Counted from the stretch's first letter, positions 29,901 to 45,280 are shown. The stretch: DNA of 64,000 nt from Gemmatimonadales bacterium (GCA_036522875.1 DATDEZ010000014.1:48050-112049), one strand, 5' to 3'. Notes: generated by a model from the sequence alone, not told the origin. Numbers and translations are program-made.

Positions 29901-30905
29901 CTAACCTCCTCGGTAGCCCTGCGGGTGCGCTTTATGCCAGCGCCATGCGCTGTCCAAAATCTCGTCGAGATCCGAATGCGACGCGCGCCAGTCCAATACC
30001 TCCGCCGCTCGCTGCACGGCGGCTACGAGGACCGGCGGATCGCCGGGACGTCGCGGCTGCTCCCGCTCCGGAATCGCCTTGCCGGTCACCCGCCGGGCGG
30101 CGTCGATCACCTGCCGCACGGACCGTCCCGCGCCCGTGCCGAGATTCACCGCGACCGGAGTGCCGCGCGGCACGGGGACATCGAGCGCCCGGACGTGCGC
30201 GTCGGCGATGTCGATCACATGCACGTAATCCCGCACGGCGCTGCCGTCCGCAGTCGGATAATCGGTCCCGAACACGTCGACGGCCGGACGTACGCCCAGC
30301 GCCGCGGCCAGGACGTTGGGGATCAGATGCGTTTCCGGCTCGTGATCCTCACCGCGCGCGCCCGTCGCCCCGGATGCATTGAAATACCGAAGGCTCACGA
30401 CTTCCAGTCCCGTGCGCGGCGCCATCTCCACCAGCAGTCGCTCGAAGTCGCGTTTGGTCTCGCCGTAGGGATTGACCGGCCGCTGCGGCGTGTCCTCCGT
30501 GATCGGCACGACCTGTGGATGGCCATACACCGCACAGGACGACGAGAACACGAACCGTCGCACACCGGCCGCGGCAGCCGCGTCCAACAGTACACGGCCC
30601 GCCGCGACGTTGTTGGTCACATACATCCCGGGCTGCGCGACCGATTCCGCGACCAGCGCATACGCGGCGAGGTGGACGATGGCCTCGATCCGCTCGCGCT
30701 CGAGCAGCGCGGCCACGAGCTCACGATTCCCCACTCCGCCCTGCACGAAGGCCGCGCCGCGCGCCACCGCGGCCTGATGGCCCCGGCTCAAGTCGTCCAG
30801 CACGACGACGTGGCGCCCCCCACCGCGTTCGAGCAGCTGATCGACGACCACACTCCCGATGTACCCTGCGCCCCCTGTGACCAGGACACGGCGGAATTGC
30901 GTCAC
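29901..30905 (-). CDS. galE: UDP-glucose 4-epimerase
   Basis: VLVTGGAGYIGS Rossmann motif, YGETK catalytic motif, LRYFNASGA. The GTG at 30905 overlaps the hemA stop (GTGA). The track ORF is over-extended. Confidence 0.88.
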   Translation of the reverse strand: MTQFRRVLVTGGAGYIGSVVVDQLLERGGGRHVVVLDDLSRGHQAAVARGAAFVQGGVGNRELVAALLERERIEAIVHLAAYALVAESVAQPGMYVTNNVAAGRVLLDAAAAAGVRRFVFSSSCAVYGHPQVVPITEDTPQRPVNPYGETKRDFERLLVEMAPRTGLEVVSLRYFNASGATGARGEDHEPETHLIPNVLAAALGVRPAVDVFGTDYPTADGSAVRDYVHVIDIADAHVRALDVPVPRGTPVAVNLGTGAGRSVRQVIDAARRVTGKAIPEREQPRRPGDPPVLVAAVQRAAEVLDWRASHSDLDEILDSAWRWHKAHPQGYRGG

Positions 30906-32163
30906 GCCGGTGGCTCCAATCCGAACAGGCGGCGCAGGGCCTCGAGCAGACCGTAGCCGCGACCCTCTTCGGCCGCCGCCTTCAGGGCGATGGTGGGATG
31001 ATGCAGGAATTTGTTGAGCAGCGCCTGGCTGAACTGCTCGACCTGCGCGCGATCGTCGGGACTGAGATGCGCAAGATGGCGCAGCGCCCGCTCGAGCTCC
31101 GCCGCGCGCAGCGCCTCCATCCGACTCCGCAGCTCTTTGATCGTCGGCACGACGCCCAGCCCGCCGTACCACGACCAGAACAGGTCCGTCTCCTCTTCGA
31201 CAATCCGCTCGGCCGCCGGGACCTCATCGCGCCGCCGCGCCGTTGCCTGCGCGGCGACGGTCTGCAAATCGTCCACGTCGTAAAGGAAGACATTCTCGAG
31301 CTGCGCGATCGCGGGATCGACGTCACGCGGCACTGCGAGATCGAGAATGCACAGCGGCTGCCCCGGCGCCCGCGGATCACGGCGCCCACCCGCTCCCACG
31401 TCACAACGGCGTGCGGGGCGGCGGTCGAGCACAACGCGATGTCCACCGACGCGAAATGCGGCCAGGCTTCGTCGAGGGATAGGGCACGGCCGCCGAGACG
31501 TTCGGCGATCGCCCGCGCGCGCTCATGCGTGCGATTGGCAACAAGCGTCACCTGCACGCCTTCGTCCGACAAGCACTTGGCCGAGAGCTCCGCCATGTCG
31601 CCGGCGCCGAGGATCAGCGCGGTGCGGCCGGCGAGATCGCCGAAAATCTTGCCTGCCACCGCGACGCCGGCCGACGCCGCCGACGCCGTGCCCATGCCCA
31701 GGCTCGTCTCCGTGCGTACCCGCGAGCCGACGTGCAGGGCGCTCTGGAACAGCCGGTGCAGCACGGGACCGGCTTGCGCGCGTGACGCTTCCCACGCCTC
31801 GCGGACCTGTCCCTGGATCTGTGATTCGCCGAGAATCATGGAGTCGAGTCCCGACGAGACGCGGTAGAGGTGGCGGACCGCGTCGCGGTCGCGCTCGATG
31901 TAGCCGTACTCGCGCGCACCGCCCGGCGGCACGGCCGGCAATCGCTCACCCAGCAGCGACCAGACGACGTCGAGCGAGGGCTCATCGTCCGCGACGAGAT
32001 AGAATTCCGTGCGATTGCAGGTCGAGAGCAGGACGCCCCCGCTCGCCCCCGCGGCCATGACGCGCGCCAGCGCGGCGGGGACCTCGTGCGCGCCGTGCGC
32101 GAACCGCTCCCGCACGTCCAGCGGGGCAGTCCGATGATTGACGCCCAACACCTTGATTCCCAT
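30902..32163 (-). pseudogene. hemA: glutamyl-tRNA reductase, reading frame broken by a 1-nt frameshift near 31361-31365 (real or assembly error)
   Basis: The N-part (32163 to ~31362) reads MGIKVLGVNHRTAPLDVRERF...STCNRTEFY...ILGAGDMA. The C-part (~31361 to 30902, other frame) reads QPLCILDLAVPRDVDP...LNKFLHHPT. Total length is 1262 nt (3n+2). One extra G in the GGGG run restores ...RGRRGQPLCILDLAVPRD... Confidence 0.85.
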
Positions 32164-32171
32164 GTCAGGGA

Positions 32172-32996
32172 TCACAGGAACCGTTCGGCGCCGGGCTGCA
32201 CGAGCTTCAGCGCCGCATAGACGAGGAGTACGGCCGAAAAGCCCGCGATGCTCGCGACGGCCGCGCGCCGGCCGGCCCAGTGTCGCACGACGCGGACCCA
32301 CACCGCCCACCCCAGGACGACCCACGTGAAGATGCCCCAGACGATCTGCGCCTTGGCGACGTGTAACCCGCCCGAGAATCGCGCGCCGTACCCGAGCGCG
32401 AGGAGGACGCCGAGCGTCAGCGCCGGGAAGCCGGCGACGAGCGCGAACCGGTTCAGTTGATCGAGCCGCTCGAGCGGCGGCAAATACTGGAAGATCTGGC
32501 CGAACCGCCGGGCCTTGAGCTCGCGGAACTGCAGCAGATACAGCGCCGCCGCGATGAACGCGAGCGCCATGAGGGCGACGCCCATCACGCTCAGCGCGAC
32601 ATGCAACACGAACCACGTGTTGCGTCCTGCCGCAATCTGCGGCTCGCCGCCCGGCGTGAGTCCGCTCAGAATCGCGAGGCCGACGAGTCCGGTCGCGAGC
32701 GGTCCCGCGAAGAATGCGACGGCGGAACCCTTGAGCAGACGCTCGCTCGCCAGCTGCAGGAGGACGAGGCACAACGCCAGCATCGACAGCGCCGGACCGA
32801 GCCCGACGAGCGTGAGCTGCGAGAGGCCGACGACATGCACCGCCGCGCCCGCACACGGAATCGCGATCATCAGCGCGCGCGGCGGCTGACGCAGCCCGGT
32901 GAACGGCGCCAGCGCCAGCGCCGTCGCCAGGCCGTACAGCGCGAGCGTGATGAGATGGAGAGTGACGATCACGGCCGAGACCGGCCGGGCCCGCAC
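32172..32996 (-). CDS. cytochrome c assembly family membrane protein (CcsA/YpjD/HemX-like)
   Basis: 274 aa and polytopic. Trp-rich segment VWGIFTWVVLGWAVW. Its position next to hemA matches the hemA-hemX association known from Bacillus. Confidence 0.65.
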   Translation of the reverse strand: MRARPVSAVIVTLHLITLALYGLATALALAPFTGLRQPPRALMIAIPCAGAAVHVVGLSQLTLVGLGPALSMLALCLVLLQLASERLLKGSAVAFFAGPLATGLVGLAILSGLTPGGEPQIAAGRNTWFVLHVALSVMGVALMALAFIAAALYLLQFRELKARRFGQIFQYLPPLERLDQLNRFALVAGFPALTLGVLLALGYGARFSGGLHVAKAQIVWGIFTWVVLGWAVWVRVVRHWAGRRAAVASIAGFSAVLLVYAALKLVQPGAERFL

Positions 32997-33024
32997 CAGA
33001 TGGAGGCGAGGGCCCGGCCGCCTG

Positions 33025-34362
33025 TCAGGAGGGCATCTTCTTGACGAGCCGCACCGGCAGGCCGCGGTCGAGCGACGGATTCATCAGCTGCAGCAACAGA
33101 CCCGTGGACGACCGCTCGCGCGTGTGCACGATCATCATGACGGCGCGGACTTCCTCGGAGGCGGCACCGGCGTAGGTTCCTGCCGGCTTGTATACCTCGA
33201 AGATGTCGCCGAGCGCCACGCCGTCACGTTTGCCCTTGTCGATGAAGAAGAACTGCTGCGCGCCGGCAATCGGATGCGGGTCGCGGCCTTCGAGCAGCTT
33301 GCCGGTGAGGCCCTTGTCGACCGGCGTCGGGCGAACCTGGCCGGGATCGCGGAACGGCTCGAGCGGCATCGCGAGATGCCCTTCGTGGATCCGGGCATAC
33401 TGCGCGACGACTTCCGCGAGGACCTGCTGTTCTTCGACCTTCGTCACGCGCGCAATCCCGATGGGAATCACCACGTCGCCCCACTGACCGTACTCCAGGC
33501 CGCGATCGACGCGCGCGAGGAGCAGCGAGTCGCCGACGTGATAGGACGCGTTGCGCGGCGGCGCGATCGCGAGTTCCTCGAACGTCGTGGCCGACGTGCG
33601 CTCCGACAGACGATGAATCGCCGGCGTCGCCGTGGCCCCGAGCACCTTCGCCCACGGCAGCCGCTCCGTCTCGCTCAGGAATCCCGACGCATAGAACTCG
33701 CCGGCCCGCAGCGGATGATACGGTTGATGCGTGTAGGCGCGTAGCACGTCCTGCACGGCCTGCTGCGTCGTCGGCCGGCGGTCGAACATCGTTTCATAGG
33801 TTTCCGCCACGGTCGGCGGCGGCGCCTCGACGGCGAGCTGCGTCGTGTCGGCGGGAATCGTGTCGATCGGCGCCGTCGTCGTATCGAGCGGCACGACCGC
33901 GGCGACGGTGTCGCCGGCGCCGGTAGTCGGCGTGGCGCGCACCGTGTCCGCGGCGGCAGCGGTCGTATCCTGCGGGACGGTGACGACGGTGTCGCCGCCC
34001 TGCGCGACGACCTGCACCTCGGAGAGATTCAAGACCTCGCCCGGATAGATCCAGTGCGGGTCTTCGACGACGGCGGTATTGAGGCGGTAGATCTCGGGCC
34101 AGAGCAGCGGATCGTTGAAGTACATCTGCGCGATGGACCAGAGGGTCTCACCGCGGGCGACCGTATGACTGCTGGGAACCTGGCCCTGGAAGCCGCCGAC
34201 GGTCTGGGCGGAATCCACGATCTGCGTCGTTGTATCCCGGTGTTGCGTAGTGTCCCGGTGCTGCGTGCTGTCCTGCGCCGGCGACACTCGCCACAAGAGC
34301 GGCAATGCCGCCAGGGCCAGTACGACAGCGCGCTCAGAACGGCAGATCGTCGTCCTCCTCAT
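33025..34362 (-). CDS. LysM peptidoglycan-binding domain protein
   Basis: Signal peptide (AVVLALAALPLLWRVSPAQ). LysM: HTVARGETLWSIAQMYFNDPLLWPEIYRLNTAVVEDPHWIYPGEVLNL. I prefer the start at the ATG at 34362, which overlaps the ssb 3' end by 29 nt. Confidence 0.75.
   Translation of the reverse strand: MRRTTICRSERAVVLALAALPLLWRVSPAQDSTQHRDTTQHRDTTTQIVDSAQTVGGFQGQVPSSHTVARGETLWSIAQMYFNDPLLWPEIYRLNTAVVEDPHWIYPGEVLNLSEVQVVAQGGDTVVTVPQDTTAAAADTVRATPTTGAGDTVAAVVPLDTTTAPIDTIPADTTQLAVEAPPPTVAETYETMFDRRPTTQQAVQDVLRAYTHQPYHPLRAGEFYASGFLSETERLPWAKVLGATATPAIHRLSERTSATTFEELAIAPPRNASYHVGDSLLLARVDRGLEYGQWGDVVIPIGIARVTKVEEQQVLAEVVAQYARIHEGHLAMPLEPFRDPGQVRPTPVDKGLTGKLLEGRDPHPIAGAQQFFFIDKGKRDGVALGDIFEVYKPAGTYAGAASEEVRAVMMIVHTRERSSTGLLLQLMNPSLDRGLPVRLVKKMPS
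34231..34266 (-). repeat. 2 x 18-bp tandem repeat encoding TQHRDT-TQHRDT
   Basis: Read directly: acgcagcaccgggacact / acgcaacaccgggataca on the coding strand (15 of 18 identical). Confidence 0.8.
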
Positions 34363-34816
34363 CCAGCGCCTCCGGGAACGCGTCGAGCGATTCGGGAGCT
34401 TTGCCGCCGGCTTCAGCGGCGCCACCCGCCCGTGCAGCCCCTGCTCCAACCGGGGCTGCTCCCCCTCTCGAACCCAGCATGATCAGCTCGCGCGCGATGA
34501 TTTCCGTGACGTAGCGCGTCTGCTTGTTGTTGTCTTCCCACGTGCGGTACTCGATCCGGCCTTCGATGTAGACTTTGTCGCCCTTCTTCAGGTACTTCTC
34601 GCACACATCGGCCAGACCGGAGCCTTCCTTGCTGTTATTCCAGCAGATCACTCGATGCCAATCCGTCTTTTCCTGCTTCTCCCCGCCCTTCCCGGTCCAC
34701 TGCCGACTGGTCGCCACGGAGAGGGTGGCTACCCGCGAACCGTTGTTCGTACTGCGCACCTCGGGATCGGCACCCAAGTTCCCGATCAGCGTGACCTTAT
34801 TGAGACTGCGGCTCAC
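34334..34816 (-). CDS. ssb: single-stranded DNA-binding protein
   Basis: 160 aa. OB-fold start SLNKVTLIGNLGADPEVR, a Gly/Ala-rich linker, and an acidic tail EEDDDLPF. GTG start. Confidence 0.95.
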   Translation of the reverse strand: MSRSLNKVTLIGNLGADPEVRSTNNGSRVATLSVATSRQWTGKGGEKQEKTDWHRVICWNNSKEGSGLADVCEKYLKKGDKVYIEGRIEYRTWEDNNKQTRYVTEIIARELIMLGSRGGAAPVGAGAARAGGAAEAGGKAPESLDAFPEALDEEDDDLPF

Positions 34817-34862
34817 AACAACCTCCGGCGATTATGCGGGTTTGGGTCCAAGGGTGCCCAAC

Positions 34863-34891
34863 ACTATATAAATCGCAAGTCGTTCTGTCAA
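34863..34891 (-). promoter_or_regulatory. near-consensus sigma70 promoter upstream of ssb
   Basis: Minus strand: TTGACA (34891-34886), a 17-nt spacer, then TATAGT (34868-34863), in an AT-rich 101-bp gap. GGAGG lies ahead of the GTG start. Confidence 0.55.
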
Positions 34892-34917
34892 TCAAAGATA
34901 CGCCACCTGTATCAAAG

Positions 34918-35430
34918 TTATGCATCACGTCGCAGCACGATGGCATCCTCCACCGGGCGGCGGTAATACTCCCGCCGCCGCCCGACCTCCCGAAAGCCGT
35001 GGGCAGCGTACAGGGCACGGGCGGCGGCGTTGGACTCGCGTACTTCGAGGTAGACATGGACGACGCCGCGCTGGGCGAGCGCGTCGATCGCACGCTGGAC
35101 GAGGTCCCGGCCCAGCCCGCTACGTCGCTCCGACGGGAGGACCGCCAAATTCAGGATGTCGCCCTCATCCGCGGCGTTCAACGCAACCACATAGCCCGCG
35201 ACTCCCTGGCCGTCACCCTTGTCCGCGACGAGAAAGAGCGCCCCGCGCGTGATGCAGTCGCGGAAGTCCTGCGTCGACCACGGATCGGGAAAGACGTCCT
35301 GCTCGATCGCGTGAACAGGCGGCACGTCCGCGAGCTCAGCGGGACGGATGCGGTAACGGACGGCCGTGGCTTGCCTCCCATTTGACCTGCGCTTCGGCGG
35401 GACGACCGTAGACCGGTTCGCTCGCTGCAC
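34918..35430 (-). CDS. rimI: ribosomal-protein-alanine N-acetyltransferase (GNAT)
   Basis: GNAT motif A (NLAVLPSERRSGLGRDLV) and the context tsaE-tsaB-rimI. The start is uncertain: GTG at 35430 or 35436, and the track start at 35568 is probably too long. Confidence 0.75.
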   Translation of the reverse strand: MQRANRSTVVPPKRRSNGRQATAVRYRIRPAELADVPPVHAIEQDVFPDPWSTQDFRDCITRGALFLVADKGDGQGVAGYVVALNAADEGDILNLAVLPSERRSGLGRDLVQRAIDALAQRGVVHVYLEVRESNAAARALYAAHGFREVGRRREYYRRPVEDAIVLRRDA

Positions 35431-36046
35431 CGTCACCGATCGCGCGGCGGGTGCCGTCGTAGGCGAAGAGCGCGAGCAGCGACACGGCGAGCGCAGGCAG
35501 CTCGCCGAGGCCCACTGCCGCCCTTCCCGTCCACTTCTGAACCTCATCGCCGTAGCGTTCAGCGCCATCCCCGACGGCCAGCAACGGCGTTCGCGGTGAT
35601 CGCGCGGCGAGCTCCGCGACGGTCAGCACCGACGGAGCCACGAGGATCTTCACGGTATCCTCACCGAACTGGTAGACCGCTCCATAGACCTGGCCGCGCA
35701 GCGCGTCGTAACAGGCGGCGACCGTTTCGGCTCCGGCCGCATGCGCGGCGGCGAGCAGCGAGGGAATCGCGATCAGCGGGACCTGGCGTTCCTGAATCAG
35801 ACCCTTCGCCGCGGCCCAACCAATCCGCAAGCCCGTAAAGCTGCCGGGTCCATCGGCGACGATGATTCCCGCGAGCTGATCGAGCCGCACGCCGGACGAC
35901 CGCAGCACCTCGTCGAGCAGCGGGACGATTTGCGCCGCGTGCTGACGCGCGCCGCGCACCGACCGAGCGACTGTCCCCGCCCGTGTGCTGACGGCGACGC
36001 TCGCGACGTCGGTCGCGGTATCGATCGCGAGCCAGTAGGGATTCAT
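35336..36046 (-). CDS. tsaB: tRNA t6A37 biosynthesis protein TsaB
   Basis: MNPYWLAIDTATDVASVAV and GPGSFTGLRIG motifs. The ATG at 36046 overlaps the tsaE stop by 4 nt. Confidence 0.88.
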   Translation of the reverse strand: MNPYWLAIDTATDVASVAVSTRAGTVARSVRGARQHAAQIVPLLDEVLRSSGVRLDQLAGIIVADGPGSFTGLRIGWAAAKGLIQERQVPLIAIPSLLAAAHAAGAETVAACYDALRGQVYGAVYQFGEDTVKILVAPSVLTVAELAARSPRTPLLAVGDGAERYGDEVQKWTGRAAVGLGELPALAVSLLALFAYDGTRRAIGDGAASEPVYGRPAEAQVKWEASHGRPLPHPSR

Positions 36047-36418
36047 CGGGCCGCGCGCTCTTCGATGACGCGGCGTGACGGATCGGAGTCGTACGACAGC
36101 TGGAAGTGGGTATCGAGCGGCGGCGCCCACGGGCCCGCGCGCTCCGGCCATTCGATGAGCACGATCGCGCTCTCGCGGATCATGTCGTCGAAGCCGAGAT
36201 CGCGCGCGTCCTCGGGGCGGCGCAGGCGATAGCAGTCGACATGGTAGACCGGCGTCGCAGCGGCGTCGTAGTGGTGCACCAGCGCGTAGGTGGGGCTCGT
36301 GGCGCGCGCGGTGGCGCCGAGGCCACGGCAGATCGCCTGCACGAGCGTAGTCTTCCCGGTGCCCAGCTCGCCCGACAACCCGATGACGGCCGGGGCGGTC
36401 AGGCGGCGGCCGAGCTCC

Positions 36419-38431
<2,013 letters not shown>

Positions 38432-38443
38432 AGTACGGGAAAG

Positions 38444-40633
38444 CTAACCGACGACGACTTCGGCGGGACCGCTCGAATCGCGCCGGGCGATCTCCGTCAC
38501 GCCTTTCACCTTGCGGACGGCCCGCAGGACCTTGTGGAGATGGCTGTGGTTTTCGACCTCGACCAGCACCGACCCGAACACCACGCCGTCCTTGGACGCG
38601 AGCTCGGCGCTCCGGATGTTGGTCCCCGTGCCGCTGATCGCCTCGCAGATGTCGGCGTACAGGCCGCGGCGGTCCTCGCCGCTCACCGCGAGGCGCACGA
38701 CGAACGTCTCACCTTCCACCTCGCGCCAGTCGATCTCGACGCGCCGCTCCTCGTCACCGGACAGGGTCAGCAGGTTCGGGCAATCGTTGCGGTGGATCGA
38801 GATGCCGCGCCCCTGGGTGACGTAGCCAACCACGGGGTCGCCGGGCACGGGCTGGCAGCACTGCGCGTACCGCACCATCAGGCCCTCGACGCCGTGAATC
38901 TTGATCCCCCGCCCCAGCCGCAGCCGCTCGATGACGCGGCCGAACGCGGTCGGCTTGGGCGTCTGCTGCGCCTCCGGCGGCAGGTCGGGATACAGCGCGC
39001 TGATCACTTGCCCGATCTGCACGTCGCCGCGGCCGATCGCCGCCTCGACCTGCTCGGCTTCGGCCAGCGAGAGGGATTCCGCGGCCCGGGCCAGCTGCTC
39101 GGACGTCGGCAGGTCGAGCCGGCGTTTGCGGACTTCGCGCGCCAGGATCTCGCGGCCCAGCGTCACGCTGCGCTCCTGCTCTTCCTGCTTGATCCATTGC
39201 CGGATCTTCTGGCGCGCGCGGCCGGTCTGGACGTGCGCCAGCCAATCGCGCGACGGCTTCGCCTGCGGGCTCGTCAGGACCTCGATCGTGTCGCCGTTCC
39301 GCAGCGGCCGGTGCAGCGGCGAGATCCGGCCGTTCACCCGCGCGCCGTTGCAATGCTGCCCCACCTCGGTGTGCACCATGAACGCAAAGTCGAGGGGCGT
39401 CGCGCCCTTCGGCAGCCGTTTCACGTCGCCCTTCGGCGTGAAGACGAAGATCTCGTCCTGATAGAGGTCGATCTTCAGGAACTCGAGGAATTCCTCGGGG
39501 GTGTGCGCGTCCTGCTGCAGCTCGATCAGCTGCCGGAACCACGACAGGTGGTGGTCCAGCTCGTCGGGACGCTTCCCGTTCTCCTTGTAGAGCCAGTGCG
39601 CCGCGATACCGTATTCCGCCGTGCGATGCATGTCGCGCGTGCGGATCTGGATTTCGTACAGCTGCCCGCCGGGCCCGAACACGGTGGTGTGCAGCGACTG
39701 ATAGCCGTTGGACTTCGGGCTCGCGATGTAGTCCTTGATCCGCTCCTGCAGCGGCGTCCAGGTGTGATGGATGATGCCGAGGACGTGGTAGCAGTCGGTG
39801 ATGGAGTTGACCAAGACGCGGACCGCGAGCAGATCGTAGATCTCGTCGAACGGCTTGCCGCGCTTTTTCATCTTCTTGAAGATGGACCAGAGATTCTTCG
39901 GGCGCCCCACGATCTCCCAGCCGACGATGCCCGCGCGCCGCAGCTCGTCGGCGAGCGGCGCTCGCATGCGCTCGATCGTGCGGTCGCGCTCGACCTTGCG
40001 CGACTTCACGTGCCGGGAGAGCTGCTTGTAGTCGTCGGGCTCGAGATACTTGAAGGCCAGGTCCTCGAGCTCGGCTTTCACGCCCGCCATGCCGAACCGG
40101 TGCGCCAGCGGCGCATAGAGCTCGCGCGTCTCCTGCGCGATGCGCCGCCGCTTCTCGGCCGGCAGCGGATCGAGCGTGCGCATGTTGTGCAAGCGATCGG
40201 CCAGCTTGATGATGATGACGCGGGCGTCGCGCGCGACCGACATCAGCAGCTTGCGGTAGTTCTCCGCCTGCTCTTCGGCGGTCGACCGGAAGGTCAGCGC
40301 CTTGATCTTGGTCAGGCCGTCGACGAGATCGGCGACCTCGTTGCCGAAGTCTTTGCGCAGGTGCTCGAGCGTGACGTTCGAGTCTTCGACGACGTCGTGC
40401 AGCAGCGCGGCCGCGATCGTCGTGGTGTCCATCTGCTGCTCGGCGAGAATGGTCGCGACAGCCACGCTGTGCGAGACGAAGTCGTCGCCCGAGAGCCGCT
40501 TCTGCCCGTGGTGCGCCTGGGCGCTGATCTGATAGGCGCGCGACAGGACGCCGAGGTCGAGGCGGTCGTGCTGCGCCGCCACCGCCTTGGCCAGCTCCGG
40601 CGCGAGCATCGGTGCTCCCGCCGTGCTCGTCAC
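38444..40633 (-). CDS. rel: bifunctional (p)ppGpp synthetase/hydrolase (RelA/SpoT homologue)
   Basis: 729 aa. HD hydrolase (HSVAVA...LLHDVVED), synthetase (YQSLHTTV), TGS and ACT regions. Confidence 0.95.
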   Translation of the reverse strand: MTSTAGAPMLAPELAKAVAAQHDRLDLGVLSRAYQISAQAHHGQKRLSGDDFVSHSVAVATILAEQQMDTTTIAAALLHDVVEDSNVTLEHLRKDFGNEVADLVDGLTKIKALTFRSTAEEQAENYRKLLMSVARDARVIIIKLADRLHNMRTLDPLPAEKRRRIAQETRELYAPLAHRFGMAGVKAELEDLAFKYLEPDDYKQLSRHVKSRKVERDRTIERMRAPLADELRRAGIVGWEIVGRPKNLWSIFKKMKKRGKPFDEIYDLLAVRVLVNSITDCYHVLGIIHHTWTPLQERIKDYIASPKSNGYQSLHTTVFGPGGQLYEIQIRTRDMHRTAEYGIAAHWLYKENGKRPDELDHHLSWFRQLIELQQDAHTPEEFLEFLKIDLYQDEIFVFTPKGDVKRLPKGATPLDFAFMVHTEVGQHCNGARVNGRISPLHRPLRNGDTIEVLTSPQAKPSRDWLAHVQTGRARQKIRQWIKQEEQERSVTLGREILAREVRKRRLDLPTSEQLARAAESLSLAEAEQVEAAIGRGDVQIGQVISALYPDLPPEAQQTPKPTAFGRVIERLRLGRGIKIHGVEGLMVRYAQCCQPVPGDPVVGYVTQGRGISIHRNDCPNLLTLSGDEERRVEIDWREVEGETFVVRLAVSGEDRRGLYADICEAISGTGTNIRSAELASKDGVVFGSVLVEVENHSHLHKVLRAVRKVKGVTEIARRDSSGPAEVVVG

Positions 40634-41322
40634 AACAGCCCTGCCTCCGCGAAGCTCACGTACCGCTCTCCTCCGCCTCCACCGACGATCACGTGGTCGT
40701 ACACCGGGAGATCGAGCAAGCGGCCGGCTTCGACCAGCTGGCGCGTCACCGCGCGATCGTCCGCCGACGGCGTGGGATCACCGCTCGGATGATTGTGCAC
40801 TACGATGATGCCCGCCGCCGCCTCGGCGATCGCCGCCCGAAACACCTCGCGCGGATGCACGAGCGAGCTGTTCAGGATCCCCCGCGTGATCAGCAAGTCC
40901 GCCAAAATCTGACTCTGGCTGCCGAGCGCCAGGACGTGGAATTCCTCCACCGCCAGGTCGCGCAGCCGGACGCCGTAATAGCGTTGCACGTCGCCCGGCC
41001 CGCGAATGCGCTCGATCGGCGGCTCGGACTCCACCGTTACCCGCCGGCCCAGCTCCAGCGCCGCGGCCAGCCGTGCGGCCTTTGTCCGTCCCACCCCGGG
41101 AATCTGAGCCAGTTCCGCCCACGGCCTCGTGGCGAGACGGCGGAACGACCCGTCAGCCCGGGCCAGAATCGCGCCCGCGACCGATAGCGCATCATGACCA
41201 CGGGTGCCTGTCCCTAGGAGAATGGCCAGGAGCTCTTGGCTCGTCAACGCGCCCGGGCCTACGGTCCAGAAACGCTCGCGCGGACGGTCCTGCTGGAGGT
41301 GCTCGGAAAGGCGGAGGGCCAT
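40630..41322 (-). CDS. radC: RadC-family JAB/MPN domain protein
   Basis: 230 aa. Helix-hairpin-helix region (LAQIPGVGRTKAARL) and a JAMM motif (HNHPSGDPTPSADD). Stop overlaps the rel start by 4 nt. Confidence 0.88.
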   Translation of the reverse strand: MALRLSEHLQQDRPRERFWTVGPGALTSQELLAILLGTGTRGHDALSVAGAILARADGSFRRLATRPWAELAQIPGVGRTKAARLAAALELGRRVTVESEPPIERIRGPGDVQRYYGVRLRDLAVEEFHVLALGSQSQILADLLITRGILNSSLVHPREVFRAAIAEAAAGIIVVHNHPSGDPTPSADDRAVTRQLVEAGRLLDLPVYDHVIVGGGGGERYVSFAEAGLL

Positions 41323-41377
41323 TCAGCCAACCTACTGCTGCAGCCCTGCGGATTGGTACCGAAACAACGCGACGCGG

Positions 41378-44677
<3,300 letters not shown>

Positions 44678-44684
44678 TACGTCC

Positions 44685-45275
44685 TTACCGATAGAGCCCG
44701 TGGGCGCCGATGTACTCGCGCACCGCGTCGGGCACTAAATATCGAATGGAACGGCCCTGTTTGACGCGCTCCCGGACCTGCGTGGCCGACAGCTCGATGC
44801 CGGGGACCGGGATGACACGGCTGATCAGGGGATGCTTGGGGACGGCGCCGCCCGGCCGGGCGAACACGACGATGTCGGCAAGTGCCGGAAGGGCTTCAAC
44901 TTCCCACCACGACGCGAGATCCCGTGCCGCGTCCGCCCCCAACAATAACGTGAACCGGTTCCCCTTACCGACCTGGCCCGCCCCAGCCTCCTCCCGCTCG
45001 GCGAGCGCCCGGAGTGTCCGGACGGTATACGACGGGGTCGGCAGGCTCAGCTCGATGCGCTCGACGCCGAGCCGCGGATTGCCGGCGACGGCGAGATCGA
45101 GCATGGCCGCGCGCTGCTCGGGCGTTGCCCCGTGGGCGGCGCGCTTAAACGGCTGCTCGCGGGCTGGAAGAAAACGCACGCGGGCGTCGGGGCCGAGCGC
45201 TTCGGCCGCCGCGTCCGCCACAATCAGATGTGCCACATGGACGGGGTCGAACGAGCCCCCGAACAGCGCGTTCAC
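44685..45275 (-). CDS. nadD: nicotinate-nucleotide adenylyltransferase
   Basis: 196 aa. [11 protein letters not shown] nucleotidyltransferase motif and ELSATQVR near the C-terminus. Confidence 0.9.
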   Translation of the reverse strand: MNALFGGSFDPVHVAHLIVADAAAEALGPDARVRFLPAREQPFKRAAHGATPEQRAAMLDLAVAGNPRLGVERIELSLPTPSYTVRTLRALAEREEAGAGQVGKGNRFTLLLGADAARDLASWWEVEALPALADIVVFARPGGAVPKHPLISRVIPVPGIELSATQVRERVKQGRSIRYLVPDAVREYIGAHGLYR

Positions 45276-45280
45276 GCCGC

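Noticed and set aside
40630-41322. radC as a marker of a mobile element or defence island
   Set aside because: Both flanks are core genes (secA, rel, uvrB). No integrase, repeats, tRNA target or compositional break is visible.
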